Positions 38,561 to 52,159 of a stretch of DNA of 64,000 bases are shown piece by piece. The DNA comes from Isurus oxyrinchus (taxonomy: Eukaryota): assembly GCA_026770705.1 (NCBI GenBank), contig JANJGN010000031.1, positions 992,001-1,056,000 of the forward strand, read 5' to 3'. The notes below the pieces were generated by a model. It searched no databases. It was given only the letters and a program-made list of their open reading frames with translations, and had not been told where the DNA came from. The position numbers and the translations under genes were made by a program. Position 1 is the stretch's first letter; the number at the start of each line of letters is the position of its first letter.

Positions 38561-39847
38561 ATTGGCAAGCAAGCTGATTCCCGCTTGATCAACACAAAAA
38601 GGGAAGTGACCAATTCTGCACAGCCTTCTTACGTCCTTTATGGTTTCCTCCAAGATTTGCATCGAAGGGGTTGGCCCCTCAAAGGACTTCAAGTTTCTAT
38701 ACCCGCTCCATTGATTATTAATTGTAACTTAACATGGCCATTCTGGTGAACCTGAGATGCTACCCCTCTAAGAGGAATGTACCCTTCCTGAGTTTCGGTG
38801 CCCAGAACTGAAACAGTTACTCCAGGTGGAGTATGACCAGTCCGATAGACAACTGGTTCAACATTTCTACCCCTCTTTATTCCAGCCCCCTTTGGAATAT
38901 TCCATTGGTCTTACCAATTCCGATATGGACCTGCCTGCAGACTTTCGCCAATTTGTTTGGCCGAATAGGTAAATATTTCCCCTCTTCCTTTGTTTCTAGC
39001 TTTTAACCATTCAGAAAATATTCTGCTTCATCTATCTAAGGTGCGCCTAAGAACCACCTTTAACATTCATTTCCTCCACCACTGACACCATGCACCTCGG
39101 GTGACTGGTTGTCTCAGTTGGCTAAACGTTTGATCTAGATCAGGTTGGTGCAATCAGCAGGGGTGGATGCCAAGGCTCCTCATTGACCTACCCATTGTGG
39201 AGATTAGGATACCGTGGGTTGTCTTTGTCTTTTGACCAAGTGTGGCATGAAGGAGCCCTAGCAAAACTGGGGTCAATGGGAATCAAGTAGAGAAATCTCT
39301 GCTGGCTGGAATCATACCTAGCGCAGTTAGCACCCATTCATCTTAGTTCCAGGGGATCACTGCACTAGTTCCTCAGGATGGTGTCCTCGGCCCAGCCAAC
39401 GTCAGCTAATACATCAATGCCCTTACTTCCATGATAATGTGGGGTTGACTCTTAAATGCCCTCTGAGCAAGGGCAATTATGGATGAGCAATAAATACTGG
39501 CCTAGCCAGCGGTGCCCACATCTCATGTACGAATAAACAAATATAAATAATAAGGCCAAAATTCGGGATGCTCACTGATATCGCGAGAAATTCAGCATCA
39601 TTCACGACTCCTCAGATTCTAAAGCAGTCCATGTCCAAATTCAGGAAGCCCTGAACAATATCAAGGCTTTGGCTGACAAATGGCAAGTAACATTCACGCC
39701 ATACAAGTGTCAGGCAATGAACTTTTCCCGCAACAGAGAATGTAACCATTGCCCCTTGATATTCAATGGCGTTATAATCACTGAGTCTCCCACTATCAAT
39801 GTACTGGAGATTATCAATGACCAGAAACTAAACTGGACCAGCTATAA

Positions 39848-41319
39848 AACCCCTCCATCATTTTCGCATGGTCCATCACTGACACTTCCCTTCCCTTCCT
39901 TAACGCTCTGTCTCAATTTCTAGTAATAGACTGTCCACCAATATTCATTATAAGCCCTCTGACTCCTACAGCTACCTTGACTACAGCTCTTCACATCCTG
40001 CTTACTGTAAGGACTCCATCTGATTCTCTCAGTTCCTTCATATCCATCGCATCTTTTCTGATGATGCCACTTTCAAAAACAGTTACTCTGACATGTCCTC
40101 CTTTTTCATTAATGGAGGTTTTCCACCCATGGTGATTGACACGGCCCTCAACCGTGTCCAGCCCAACTCCCACGCATCTGCCCTCACACCTTCCTCGCCC
40201 TCCCAGAGTCCTAATAGGGCCCCCGTGATCGTCACTTATCACCCCACCAGCCTCCACATTCAAGGGACCATCCACCACCATATCTGCCAACTCCAGCATG
40301 ATGCCACCACCAAACACATCTTCCCTGCACTCCCACCCCCGGCGGCTTTCCAGAGGGACAGTTCCCTCTGGAGCACGCTGGTCCACTCCTCCATCAGCCC
40401 CTACACCTCTACCCCTTCCCACGATACCTTTCTGTGCAACCGCAGAAGGTACAATACCTGCCCCTTTACTTCCCTTCTCCTCACCACCCAAGGGCCCAAC
40501 CAATCCTTTCAAGTGAAGCAGCATTTCACTTGCACTTCCCTCAATTTAGCCTATTGCATTCGCTGCTCCTAATGTGACCTCCTCTACATTGGAGAGACCA
40601 AACGCAGACTGGGTGCTTGCTTTGTGAAACACCTTCGGTTTGTCCGCAAGCAGGACCCAGACTTCCCTGCCGTTTGCCATTTCAACACTCCACCCTGCTC
40701 TCATACCGACATATCCGTCCTTGGCTTGCTGCATTGCTCCAGTGAAGCTGAACGCAAACTGGAGGAAGAGCACCTCATCTTCCGACTAGGCACTTTACAG
40801 CCTTCTGGACATAACACTGAGTTCAGCAACTTCAGATCATGAACTCTCACCTCCATCCCCACCCCCTTTTCGATCTCCCTTTTTCAAATAATTTATTATT
40901 TTTATATATTTTTCTTTTCCCATTTATTTTAAAATTTAATTCGATCTAAGGTTTTATCTCCATCTTTTCGCCCATTGTGATTCTTCCACTCACCCAACCC
41001 CCATCTGTTACTTGCTTGTCCTGCTTTCTACCCTTATTGTCACCATTAGCACATTCATAACATAATATCACCACCATCGACACCCCTTTGTCCTTTTGTC
41101 TATGACATCTTTGGCAATCTCCTCTTTGCCTCCACGTATCACTGGCCCTCTATCCAGCTCTACCTGTCCCACCCCTTTCAACCAGCTTATATTTCACCTC
41201 TTTTCTATAATTCCTTAGGTCTGATGAAGAGTCGTTCGGACTCGAAACATTCACTGTATTCCTCTCTGCAGATGCTGTCAGGCCTGCTGAGTTTTTCCAG
41301 CTATTTTTGTTTTTGTTTT
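39848..41319 (+). mobile_element. Older 5'-truncated Penelope-like element nested in a LINE
   Basis: Degenerate homologue of 24600-26070 (ORF pieces 40093-40572 and 40624-40842). It interrupts a LINE whose sequence runs ...AACTGGACCAGC / GCCATATAAATA... on either side. Confidence 0.85.
41217..41255 (+). ncRNA. Hammerhead ribozyme motif with canonical core, decayed stems I and III
   Basis: CTGATGA-A-GAGTC/GTTCG/GACTC-GAAA-CATT at the 3' end of an older Penelope copy. Confidence 0.6.
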
Positions 41320-41705
41320 AGCCATATAAATATAGTGGTTACCAGAGCTGGTCAGGGACTAGGAATCCTGCAACGAGTAACTCACTTCCTGACTCCCCAA
41401 AGCCTATCCAAAATCTACAAAGCATATGTCAGCAGTGTGATGGAATACTCTCCATTTGCCTGGATGAGTGCTGCTCCAACAACACTAAAGAAGCTTGACA
41501 CCATCCAAGGCATATCAGCCTGATTGGCACCACATCCACCACTGACACACAGTGGCAGCAGTGTGTACCATCGTCAAGACGCACTGCAGGAATTCACCAA
41601 GGCTCCTTAGGCAGCACCTTCCAAACCTGGGGCTACGACCATCTTGAAGGACAAGGGCAGCAGCTAGATGAGAACACCACAACCCGAACGTTCCCCTCCA
41701 AGATG

Positions 41706-42511
41706 GATGTGAAGTATTCCCTTAAATCTCTGATAATGTCCTCTGGCTCCATCCATAGATTAGCCCTTTTGTCCTTAATGGGCCCTCCTCTTTCCTTGGT
41801 TATCATCTTCCCATTAATATATTTATAGAATATCTTGAGATTACGCTACTTTTACGAGCCAGTGCTTTCTCATATCCCCCCTTTGCTCTCACAATTGCTT
41901 TCTTAAGCTCCACCCTGCACTTTCTGCACTCCAGTAATGCCTCTGCTAATTTGCTCCCCTTGTATCTGCTAAAATCCTATCTTTTCCTTCACACCGTATC
42001 CTGAATATCTCTGACCATCCAAGGTTCTCAGGGCTTTTTGCTCCTTCCTATGACCCTAGAGGGAACATGTTGAGCCTGCATCCTCCCCACTTCCTTTTTG
42101 AACACCCCCCCACCCCCACCGCCACCCACTGCTCTTATGCAGATTTCCCCACAAGTAGATGTTCCCAGGCTACCTTGACCAAATCAAGCCTTATTTTAAT
42201 AAAATCCGCTCTCCCCCAAACCAAAACATTTTTTTGCATCTTGTCTATTTCTTTGTGCATTATAAGCTTAAATTGTATCATGTTGTGGTCACTCTCACTA
42301 AAATGCTCCCACACCACCACCTCAGCCACCTGCTTGGCTTCATTACCCAGAATTAGGTGCAGCATTGCGCCGACCCTTGTTGGACACTCTACACATTGAC
42401 CTAAAAAGATCTCCTCTACACATTTCAGGAAATCCACTCCATCCAAGTCCTTATCACTATATCTATCCCAATTTGTTTTGCGAAAGTTGAAATCACCTAA
42501 TATAATTACCC
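41706..42511 (-). mobile_element. CR1 internal fragment (endonuclease end and linker)
   Basis: FLKCVEEIFLGQCVECPTR...SDHNMIQF. Confidence 0.8.
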
Positions 42512-42513
42512 AA

Positions 42514-43830
42514 TGACACCGCTGGACAAGCTAAATCTCAGGTGGAATCCAACCTGATAGGTCCTAATGTATTGTCTTCGATACATGGAGCGTGACTACT
42601 GAACAGAGTGACAGGAGTCAGCTGATTAACTTTTAACAAAATAATAAAATATTAATTAAACCAGTAAAGATGAACTATAATGCATCATTCCTTTACCCAG
42701 AACTATACTTATACAAATATATACAGATTCATAAGGATAACAGAAGTTTCAAAAGCCATTTATAGTCTCATGTTCACTGTATATAGACAGTCCACCTAAA
42801 GCAATAGGCAGCCTGTGGTCAGGCACACCACACCCTGAAACTAAGTGACAGATGCCACCCCGAACAGATGTTATTGATATCTCAGCTCCGTCCAGATACT
42901 TGTCACAACATGAGCCAACTGATCTCACTGAACTCCATCTTTCTCACAAGGTTTTCCAATCTCTGCTGTTGAAGAATTTGTGCTGGAATCTTCCCCCAAA
43001 TAATGCTTTCTCTCAGGCATATTCCACAAGGGTCCATTCGAACTGTCCTTCCGACATTCCTCCCCCTGGATCACCACATGAATTGAAACTTCTTTCCATG
43101 AACGCTGTCTCAATGCCTCAACCATGCCAATTGAACACCACTGCTTCACAAGCCCAAATTAAAGAATTACAGTCCTTCCCGACTTCTTGCTTTAAATCTG
43201 CTTCCTGCAGATTTATTCTCTCTAAGCCTGAAGCTTGGCGCCTTCCTCTCAGCTCCTTACTTTCACTTCCACAGAACAATACCTCTTCCAGCTTCCTGTC
43301 CTTGTCCTTTGACCAGGCTGTCCATTCGGGCCCTTTACTGTTCCACTAACCTGGATTTGGGGAGTTTCTTCTTTAGTTTCTGGAACCTGCTCCTGCAGTT
43401 TCCTTTCCTCTTCAGCCTTTCTTGGCAGCTGGCCTGAACTTTAGTTTGGGACTTGTTATCTGTCCCTCTGTTGTCCAGCCTCTCTGGAGTCCTGGCTTCA
43501 ACTGAACTCAAACTGCTTTCAACTGAACTGAAACTACTTTTCTGGTTCTGTGGAGCCTCCTTCTCTGGACCTCTGTGGCTAGGAAACATCACAATTTCAT
43601 TCAACTCTCGTTTGCTTTAATCCCCTTTCAAGAGTAATAAAATCTTCAATAAAATCAAGGCATCTTAAAAAGTGAAACTAAAACTCAACATCTTCTTTCC
43701 TTAACACACAAATAGAGAAATACAAATCAAACTTAAAATTAAAGCTCAAATTCAAACCTAAAGATATACCTTCTTCCTAAAACACCCAAATACAAATATA
43801 ACTTACTTAAACCTTCTCTATTTCCTAAGA
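42514..43830. mobile_element. Possible solo LTR (~1.3 kb)
   Basis: Begins TGACACC exactly where the CR1 fragment stops; non-coding, with an internal 21-bp tandem at ~43500-43540. Terminal CA and TSD not confirmed. Confidence 0.35.
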
Positions 43831-44481
43831 GAATGAGATGGGAAACAGGAGACAGAGGAGATCGGGGGAGGGGTGGTGGTGGCGGGGGTTGGGTGGGGGG
43901 GGGTGGTGGTGCAAGAGGCGGGGGAGATGGGGAGAAGGAAGCAGAGGAGATGGGGAGCAGGAGGCAGATGGGTGACAGTAGAGGGCACCCATAGCCTGGG
44001 GACCTCATTGCAACCCTTTACACAGCTGTGGAAATAACCCCATTGCTGATTTTTTCAACAAGATTTTTTAAAAGAATAGGAATGTTTTGCTTTCTGAAGG
44101 TAAAAAAGAAACAATGTTAATTGCTATAAATAGCAATACTCCTCCGTTGTGGAGGAGGGATCTTTGAAAAATAACTTAGTGTATTGTTGCAAAGCAGAAT
44201 TTTCACTCAAATAAGATCATTTACCTATTGCATTTGTCTCCGCGGGCAGCCATATTATTATCCTATAGCCCTACCAGTTGTTCTTCTAGGTAGGCAGTCT
44301 CCTTAAACGGGTTTATTAAGCCATTCTATAATAAAATGAAAGCATTCATGTCATAATCTTACCAAACTAATGAACAACAAAATAAAAACAAAACCCTACA
44401 ACCACACCAACCCCCTTCACTTCTCTCTCTCTCTCTCCACCCCACCCCCCACCCCCAACCCCCCCCCCCCCCCCCCACCCC

Positions 44482-44636
44482 CCGCCTACACACCTTAAAC
44501 CAGCTTATATTTCAACTCTTTCTTGGACTCACTCAAGTTCTGTCGAAGGGTCATGAGGACTCAGAACGTCAACTCTTTTCTTCTCCGCCAATGCTGCCAG
44601 ACCTGCTGAGTTTATCCAGGTAATTCTGTTTTTGTT
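44482..44636 (+). mobile_element. Penelope 3'-tail fragment (same subfamily as the 23-26 kb element)
   Basis: Near-identical to 25920-26070, including CTGTCGAAGGGTCATGAGGACTC. Confidence 0.8.
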
Positions 44637-45734
44637 AAGTGACCAACAGACCATTTAAAGTTGGTCCAACACACGTGTTCTGATGAAGGTCTACACCAAA
44701 ACATGAACTTGTTACTTGTCTTTACATATGCTTTGATCTTTAAATTCTCATCCTTGTATTCAAATCCCTCTGTGGCCTTGTCCTGCCACACCTCTGTAAA
44801 TCTGTAATCTTCCAAGATCTCTGTAATCGTCCAATTCCCAACTTTTGCACATACTCAATTTGGACTGATGGCATGTTTCTCTGCTCTTGAAAACCGGGAC
44901 TTCCGCTCAAATTTTCGGTTACCTTGTTCTACTATTTTCACATGGCTTGGTGTCAAACCTTGTCTGGAATTTGATACCATAGCAACTTATGTCACAGCGA
45001 GCCTCTCATATGTTGTGCAGCAACAAAATAACATCTTTCAATCATTTTCACTTTTGGAAGAAAACAAAAATCACAGATAAAAACACTGCCTGTTCAGAAT
45101 TCAAGAACCATCTGAAATGCAGGCCCAGATTTTTGCTATGGCAAACGGGTTCTCCGTCATGGTAAATATATCAAGATCATAAGTTACATCTCCAAACATG
45201 GTATATCCCATCTTCACATGGAAGGGGATGGAGTCAGGCTGGGTTCCATGCATGCACCTGTGAGACAGGCCATTTAGATCACCAGCTGCCTCCACTGAAG
45301 TGCGATTTTGATAGGCCAGGAATGTGAAGCCCGGCGTGTGCAAATTAGACCTGGTCTGGTAAGAACTGGATTCGTTTTGATAGCAAGGATACACCTTTGG
45401 AGAGGTAAGGTACTCCGTTTGATATGGATTTGGGACACATTTGGGAAAGCAAGGCAACTTTTGGGGTAGGTAAGGCACACTTTGGGATTGTTGAAAGTAG
45501 ACACGATTATGCAGAAAATGTGCATAAACACATTTGGACTGTCTCAGCTGTCAAAGAACTGTCACAACTCATTGGAACTGTCAAAGCTGTGAAATAACTG
45601 CCAAAACTCTTTGGAACTGTTAAAGCTGTCCAGGGGTGTAACTCTGCTGGGCTTTAATTCAAAGCAAAATTGTAGAGCTCAAAGAAAAATCACTGCTATT
45701 CTGTTTGTTGACATAATGTTGTCTTATTGGATTT

Positions 45735-47092
45735 AGAGTCACAGAGTTATAGAGGTCTACAGCACATAAAACTCCCTCAGCCCATCGAGTCAAACAAGTA
45801 CCTAACTATTCTAATCTCATTTTTCAGCACTAGGCCCATAGCTTTGTAAGCCATGGCATCACACGTGCACATCCAAATACTTCTTAAATGTAACGAAGGT
45901 TTCTGCCTCTACCACCCTTTCAGGCAGCAAGTTCCAGATTCCTACCACCCTCTGGGTGAAAAAATCTTCCTGACCTCGCCTCTAAACCTCCTGCCCCTTA
46001 CCTTAAATCTATGCCCCCTGGTTATTGACCCATCCACCAAGGGGTAACTTTGCTTCTTGTCTACCCTATCTATGCCCCTCATAATGTTATGAACCTCAAT
46101 CATGTCCCCCCTTAATCTTCCCTGCTCCAGGGAAAATAACCCGAGTCGATCCAATCTCCCCTCATAACTAAAATTCTCCAGCCCAGGCAACATCCTGGTG
46201 AATCTTCTCTGCACTCTTTCTAGTGTAAACACATCCTCCCTATAATGCGCATCCCTGTATTGCACACAATACTCTAGCGTTTTACACAGTTCCAGCTTTA
46301 ACCTCCCTGCTCGTATATTCCATGCCTCGGCTAAGAAAGGCAAGGATCAAGTATGCCTTCTTAACCACCTTATCTACCTGTCCTGCTACATTTAGGGACA
46401 TGCACACCATGATTCCTCTGATCCTCAGTGCTTCCCCGAGTTCTACCATTCATCATGTATTCCTGTGCCTTGTTTGACCTGCCTAAGTGCATCACCTCAC
46501 ACTTGTCCAGATTAAATTACATTTGCCACTGATCAACCCTTCTAAACAGCCCATCTACATCCTCCTGTAATCTAAGGCTATCCTCCTCACTATTTACCAC
46601 CCCATGTCATCCGCGAACTTACTGGTCAACCCTCCTACATTCATGTCTAAATCATTTATATATACCACAAACAGCAAGGGTTCCAGCACCGATCCCCATG
46701 GAGCCCCACTGGACACAGGCATCCAGATACAAAAACACCCCTGGACCATCACCCTCTTCTTCATTCCCCACTCAGCCAATTCTGGATCAAATTTGCCAAA
46801 TGGCCTTGGATCTCATAGACTCTTACCTTCTTTATTAGTCTCCCATTGTGCGACCTTATCAAAAGCCTTGCTGAAGACCAAGTAGACTATGTCAAATGTA
46901 TTGCCCTCGTCTACACACATGGTCACATCTTCGAATAATTCAATCAGATTGGTCAGACATGACCTCCCCTTAACACAACCATGATGACTGTCCTTGGTTA
47001 ATCCCTGCCTCCTCACGTGTAGTTTAATAGTGTCCCTCAGAATTGCTTCCACTATTTTCCACACAATTGTTAGACTGACTGGCTTGACGTTC
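45735..47092 (-). mobile_element. CR1-type LINE 3' part
   Basis: HGCVKGRSCLTNL, FSKAFDKV, KFADDM, ERVQRRFTRMLPG. Confidence 0.88.
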
Positions 47093-47168
47093 CCGAGGAA
47101 TGATTGAGCAGGCTGGGCTTGTGATAGTACTCTAAATTATTTTCAACAAGAACTGACCGCGGGACGCT

Positions 47169-47259
47169 CTTCCCAGACTGCTTCACCATGATGCTAACTG
47201 CAGGGCAATCTTCCCAGATTGCTTCACCTCGATGCTAACTGCAGGACATACTTCCCAGA
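47169..47259. repeat. 41-bp tandem repeat, ~2.2 copies
   Basis: CTTCCCAGA recurs at 47169, 47210 and 47251 with a conserved TGCTTCACC..GATGCTAACTGCAGG. Confidence 0.9.
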
Positions 47260-48664
47260 ACATAGTTTAATCTATTTTAAACTGGAGAAAAACTGGAGGA
47301 AAAACTGAAGAAGAACACTTACGCACTACTCACTAATCAGCTTTCACCTTTTTGCTGATGTCATTAGTATTAAGTTGTAATGACTTATTTTACAAACTAA
47401 CGTTACCACAGTTTGTTGCCTATTAAGTGAGCCATTTGATTGATATCTCTAAGTGGCTATAGAATAGAAATAGTTGTTTTCCTATGAGATTACTTGAAGG
47501 AAGTTCAATGTATCACATGTTCTTTTAAATAATGAAGTCATGAATAGACACATCATTTTATTTTAATCAGCATAGCTCCTGACGTTTGCCTATCGTGGAT
47601 ATTATATTGTTTTTTGTTTCAATGATACACACAGGCCGTCGACTTTGTAGCTGAGCTAACTTTATTGATCAAACGTTTTCCTAACATGAACACATATCTG
47701 CAGTGGCTGAATTATATCAAGAGAGGTTCCAGCATGGCCTATCTGACCTTCAACCCCCAGGCCAGGGGGTTGATGCCATATCTAGTACAGAGTGCCATAC
47801 AGTATCTAATACTGCAGCCACAACCATAATCAGCAATTATCATGACAGGTACTAGTTGAGTTTTCGGAGAGGATACGTAAAAGGGGGGTGGGTGGGGCAA
47901 ATGGACTGGCATGAGTTAGCACTAAGTTGGCACGGGGGTCTATAAAGGGCCATGGAGATAGTTGGTTGGCATAGGCTTATGAGGAGCCATAAGAGTCGAT
48001 GGGAGCATGAGGTGGATTCTGTTGCCATGGAAGTGGCATGCCGAGTGTGTGAGGTCTGAGGGGATGTGAGCGGTCAGGGTTGGAGGGATGTTTATGTTAT
48101 AATCTTTATTTTTTTTGGCCTTCCTCCCAGCCTGCCTTGGCACTTGTCACCTTCTATTCCAGCTTAACCCACGCCCTCTGCTGAATGCAACTCGCCATCA
48201 GTAGCCCAGTCAAGCTGGTGTATTTAGCTTTGGCTGATCAGATTTCATTGCTGAAACCATTTACTTGCCAATGCCCTGCAACAAACATTTGCTTGTTTCA
48301 ACAATGAGGTATGTGGGGGGTCATGGGTCATACAATGGCAAGGGAGGAGAATAATGGGGGCATACAGCACATGAGGAAAGAGTTAGATGAACGTCATTAT
48401 AATCTGAATGTTCCATTTCATATTCCGTTCCTCATTTACAGCATGAGCAGAAAGAACTTGCATTCAAATAGCGTCATTCACAACCTCAGGATTTCCAAAA
48501 GCACTTTAGATCTAATGGAATACTTTTGAAGTGTAGCTACTGTTTTAATGTGGGAAATGCAATAACTGATTTGTGCACAGGCAGATCCCACAGACAGTAA
48601 CTAGTGCAGTGCCCCAGGGATAATTTCTGAGACTTCAACTATTTACAACTAGCAAGCAGGAAAC

Positions 48665-50045
48665 AAAGAGTCTGCAAAGAGGTATAGATAGATAAGTGAG
48701 TGGGCATATATTTGGCAGATGGCATATAATGTGGGAAAATATAAAATCATCCATTTTGGTAGGAAGAACAGACAAACAAAATATTATTTAGATTGATTCC
48801 AGAGATGCGGGGCTTGTCTTATGAGGAGAGATTGAGTGGTTTAGGCCTATACTCATTAGAGTTTAGAAGGATGAGAGGAGATCTAATTGAGGTATAAAAG
48901 ATGCTAAAGGGGATAGACAATGTAGATGTGGAGCGGACATTTCCCATTCTGGGGCATTCTAGAACAACAGGCCATAGCTTTAGGCTAAGGGGTGGTATAT
49001 TTAATCAGAGATGAGGAGGAATTAGTTTTTTCAAAGGGTCGTGAATCTGTGGAAATCACTACCTCAGAGTACAGTGGATGTCGGGACGCTGAATAAGTTT
49101 AAGAGTGAGAAAGAGATATTTTAATTAGTAATGGGTTGAAAGGTTATGGGGAGAGGGCAGGAAATTGAAGTTGACGCCGAAATTAGATCAGCCATGATAG
49201 TAATAAATGGCGGGGCAGGCTCGAGGGGCTGAATTGCCTATTCCTGCTCCTTGTTCTTATGTTCTTATGTAAAGAGAGACAGAGACTAAGAATTTATTTA
49301 CAGAGGAATCTGGGTGTCTTTGTACATGAATCACAAGAAATTAACATGCAGGCAGAGCAAATAATTAGGAAGGTAAATGGAATGTTGCCCTTTATTGCAA
49401 GAGGGATGGACTTTAAAAGTAGGGAAGTCTTACTGCAAACTGTAGAGTTTTGGTAATACTGCATCTCTAGCACTGTGCACAGTTCAGACCCATTTAAATT
49501 AGGAGGAATATACTTCCATTGAAGACAATTCGGCGAAGTTCACTAGGTTGATTCCTGAAATGAAGGGGTTGTCTTACAAGGAAAGGATGAGCAGGCTGGG
49601 CCTATAGCCATTTAGAAGAATGTGAAAACTCTTATTGAAGCACACAAGGTTATGAAGGTACTTTACAGGATAGATGCTGAGGGAGAATGTTTCACCTCAT
49701 TGGGTAAGCTAGAATGAGGGGGTGGGTGGTGGTGGGGGGATGGGGGGGTCAAAGTTTCAAAATAAGGGTTGTCCATGTGAGACAGAGGTGAAGGTTATTT
49801 TCTTCTTTCAGAGGCTTATGAATCTTTGGAATTCTGTACCCCAAACATCCATGGAAGATTGGTCAGTTAATATATTCAAAGTTGAGTTAGACAGATATTT
49901 GATCGACAAGAGAATCAAGAAAAATGGGGAACAAGCAGAAAAGTGGAGTTGAGGTCAAGATTGGATCAGCGTTGCTTACTGAGTAACCAATCAGGCTTAT
50001 GGAGCCAAATGTCCTACTCCTGATCCAATTTATTATACTCCTGTG
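48665..50045 (+). mobile_element. CR1 3' part containing a nested CR1 3' fragment (~48791-49269)
   Basis: The host frame breaks at ...TATTATTTA and resumes after a TTCTTATG-repeat tail. Confidence 0.75.
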
Positions 50046-52159
50046 TAAGCAGCAATGCGATTATGAGCACAAATTCTGTTTTAGTGATGTTAGTTGAGGG
50101 ATAAATATTGGCTGGGATACTGAGAGAATTTGCCTACTCTTTTCAAATATGCCACAACTATAGAGTAAAATCACAAAAGCTACAGCCTCAACTAGGGGCC
50201 ACACTCAGAGGAAGCACTTGCAAGAGGCACTGGGGGTGACAATACTTTAGTCCTAATTTCTTACCTTGCATTCCTTTCAAACACTGATGAATTCAACCCG
50301 TATGTTATCGTTATATATAGGGTCATTGGAGAGATGTTTTAGACAACTCCAAAATCAAAACAAGAGTAATCAACCAAAGGTTTATGCAGGAAAACTAAGG
50401 CTCCATGTATAGACACCATCATTATGTCACCTACGTTCATTATAATGAGTCTTTTAAAGATGCCCATGTACAGGCCAATACGTACTTAAAAGTAAAACTC
50501 TTCCTGTTGTAAAGTAGGCCCATAAAGTTTTGAACCAAAAGGAAAATAAAACCTTCATATACTAACCTGTAGCTTGTCCACTGCAACTTTCAAGGATTCG
50601 TGAATATTTGTTGGTCCTGTGTCTGCGTCACTCACTCCTCCTGTAGCCCAGAGAAGGACGAAAAGTAAGAAAAATATCTCAAGGAGAAAGATGTTACTCC
50701 TGACCAATAGGTAATACAACAGGCAGTTCATGTGAAAATAAATTGTAGCCATTGCAAAAGCTTTTATTTACAATCTCTAGAATTTTGCTGTGCAAATCAT
50801 TTCTTACAGACCGGGGTCGCAATGCTGAGAAACTACAGAAAAGCATTAGCTGATAGGCCAATAAATAGGCACGAGAGAGGAAAGGACACAAAGCAAGACA
50901 GTTGGACATTAATTGTTGATGGCAAAAGTTGGACAGTCAGTGGATTGAGTATGCTGTAGTATCTAATAGTACAGAAGGAGGACATTCTGTCCATTGTGAC
51001 TGTGCTGGCTCTTTGATGGAATCATCTAATCAGTTCCCCTCAGTTTTCCCTTTTCTGTTACCCTACACATTTATCTTTTTATGTATTTTCTAATTCTCTT
51101 TTGATAGTTACTATTTAATCTGTTTCCACCATCCTTCTCAAACGCGCATTGAACATTGTGACAACTTACTATAAGAAAAAATTCTCACCCCCCACAACCC
51201 CCAACCCGCTCAACATCCCCAAATCTTATATTTCATATACTTTGGTGTATATCTTGTGGTTTCGGTTGTGGTTCAGAAATATTAAGGTCGAGGAAACAAA
51301 CCTCGATATGTTGTTAGAAGGAAGTTAATTTATATAGGAGGTCTGTTCCAATTGAATGTTGGAAATGTTGTGGTCATTTCGCAAGATTTCTTATGCTATT
51401 TAGAGTTTTTGACATCTATTCAAGTTTCTTCCAGCTTTGCTAGGTTAAATTATTTCTGCATTGCAGTACCTTTAGTGGCCACTACCTTAGCTAGCCATGG
51501 GATTATTAATTCACTGCAATGGTGGCGCCGTCGAGCACTTTCTGATTTTTCTCGGGCTTACTTAAGTACCACCCAAAAAACAGCCTTTTTTGGGGCGAAA
51601 TTGGAGTTCTCTGTTTCAAAAGGTAAGTAAAACAGTTAAAAAAGCTTTTTTTAAAACCTTCATTTAGCTGTTAGGAACTGTTAATGGAGAGACTCTTCTC
51701 CCCAGCCCATGCTGCAGTATTTACCTTCAGCAATAATTGACACATTTCTGCCTGTGAGTTCTGCTTAGTGAGGTCTCACTCCTGCGAAGTAAGTCCTGTT
51801 CCTCCACAAACTTTGCAGCAAATAGACTTTTACTAATTAAGCTCTCCCAGAATTGGACAATATTATTGGAACTCGATGCCTGCTAGCCGGAGCAAGTTGT
51901 GATTCCAAGACATTGGTATGGTGTGTGGAATGTCTATAAAGCCACAGAATCACTTACACACAGAAAGGTTTGATAGATGTTTTAATTTCACACCAGTCCA
52001 TTCCTTCCTGCTGCATGTGAAGGATTGCGACTTCAATTTTGCTCAATCAAATCTTCAAAACATACTGCCAGCATGTTGTGGATGCCACACTTGAAAATCA
52101 AAGATCTCCAGAAAGCACCAGCTGCCATCATGTTACCACCGTGGCAAGGTCTTCTTCTA

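Larger units (their letters stand above)
39235..41705 (+). mobile_element. Second LINE family copy, split by a Penelope element
   Basis: ADKWQVTF, DQKLNWTS | RAGQGLGILQRV, IYKAYVSSVMEYSPFAWMSA. Confidence 0.78.

Noticed and set aside
45535-45630. Short ~39-bp repeats (also the 41-bp repeats at 47169) as a CRISPR-like array
   Set aside because: Simple tandem duplications without unique spacers, in vertebrate DNA.
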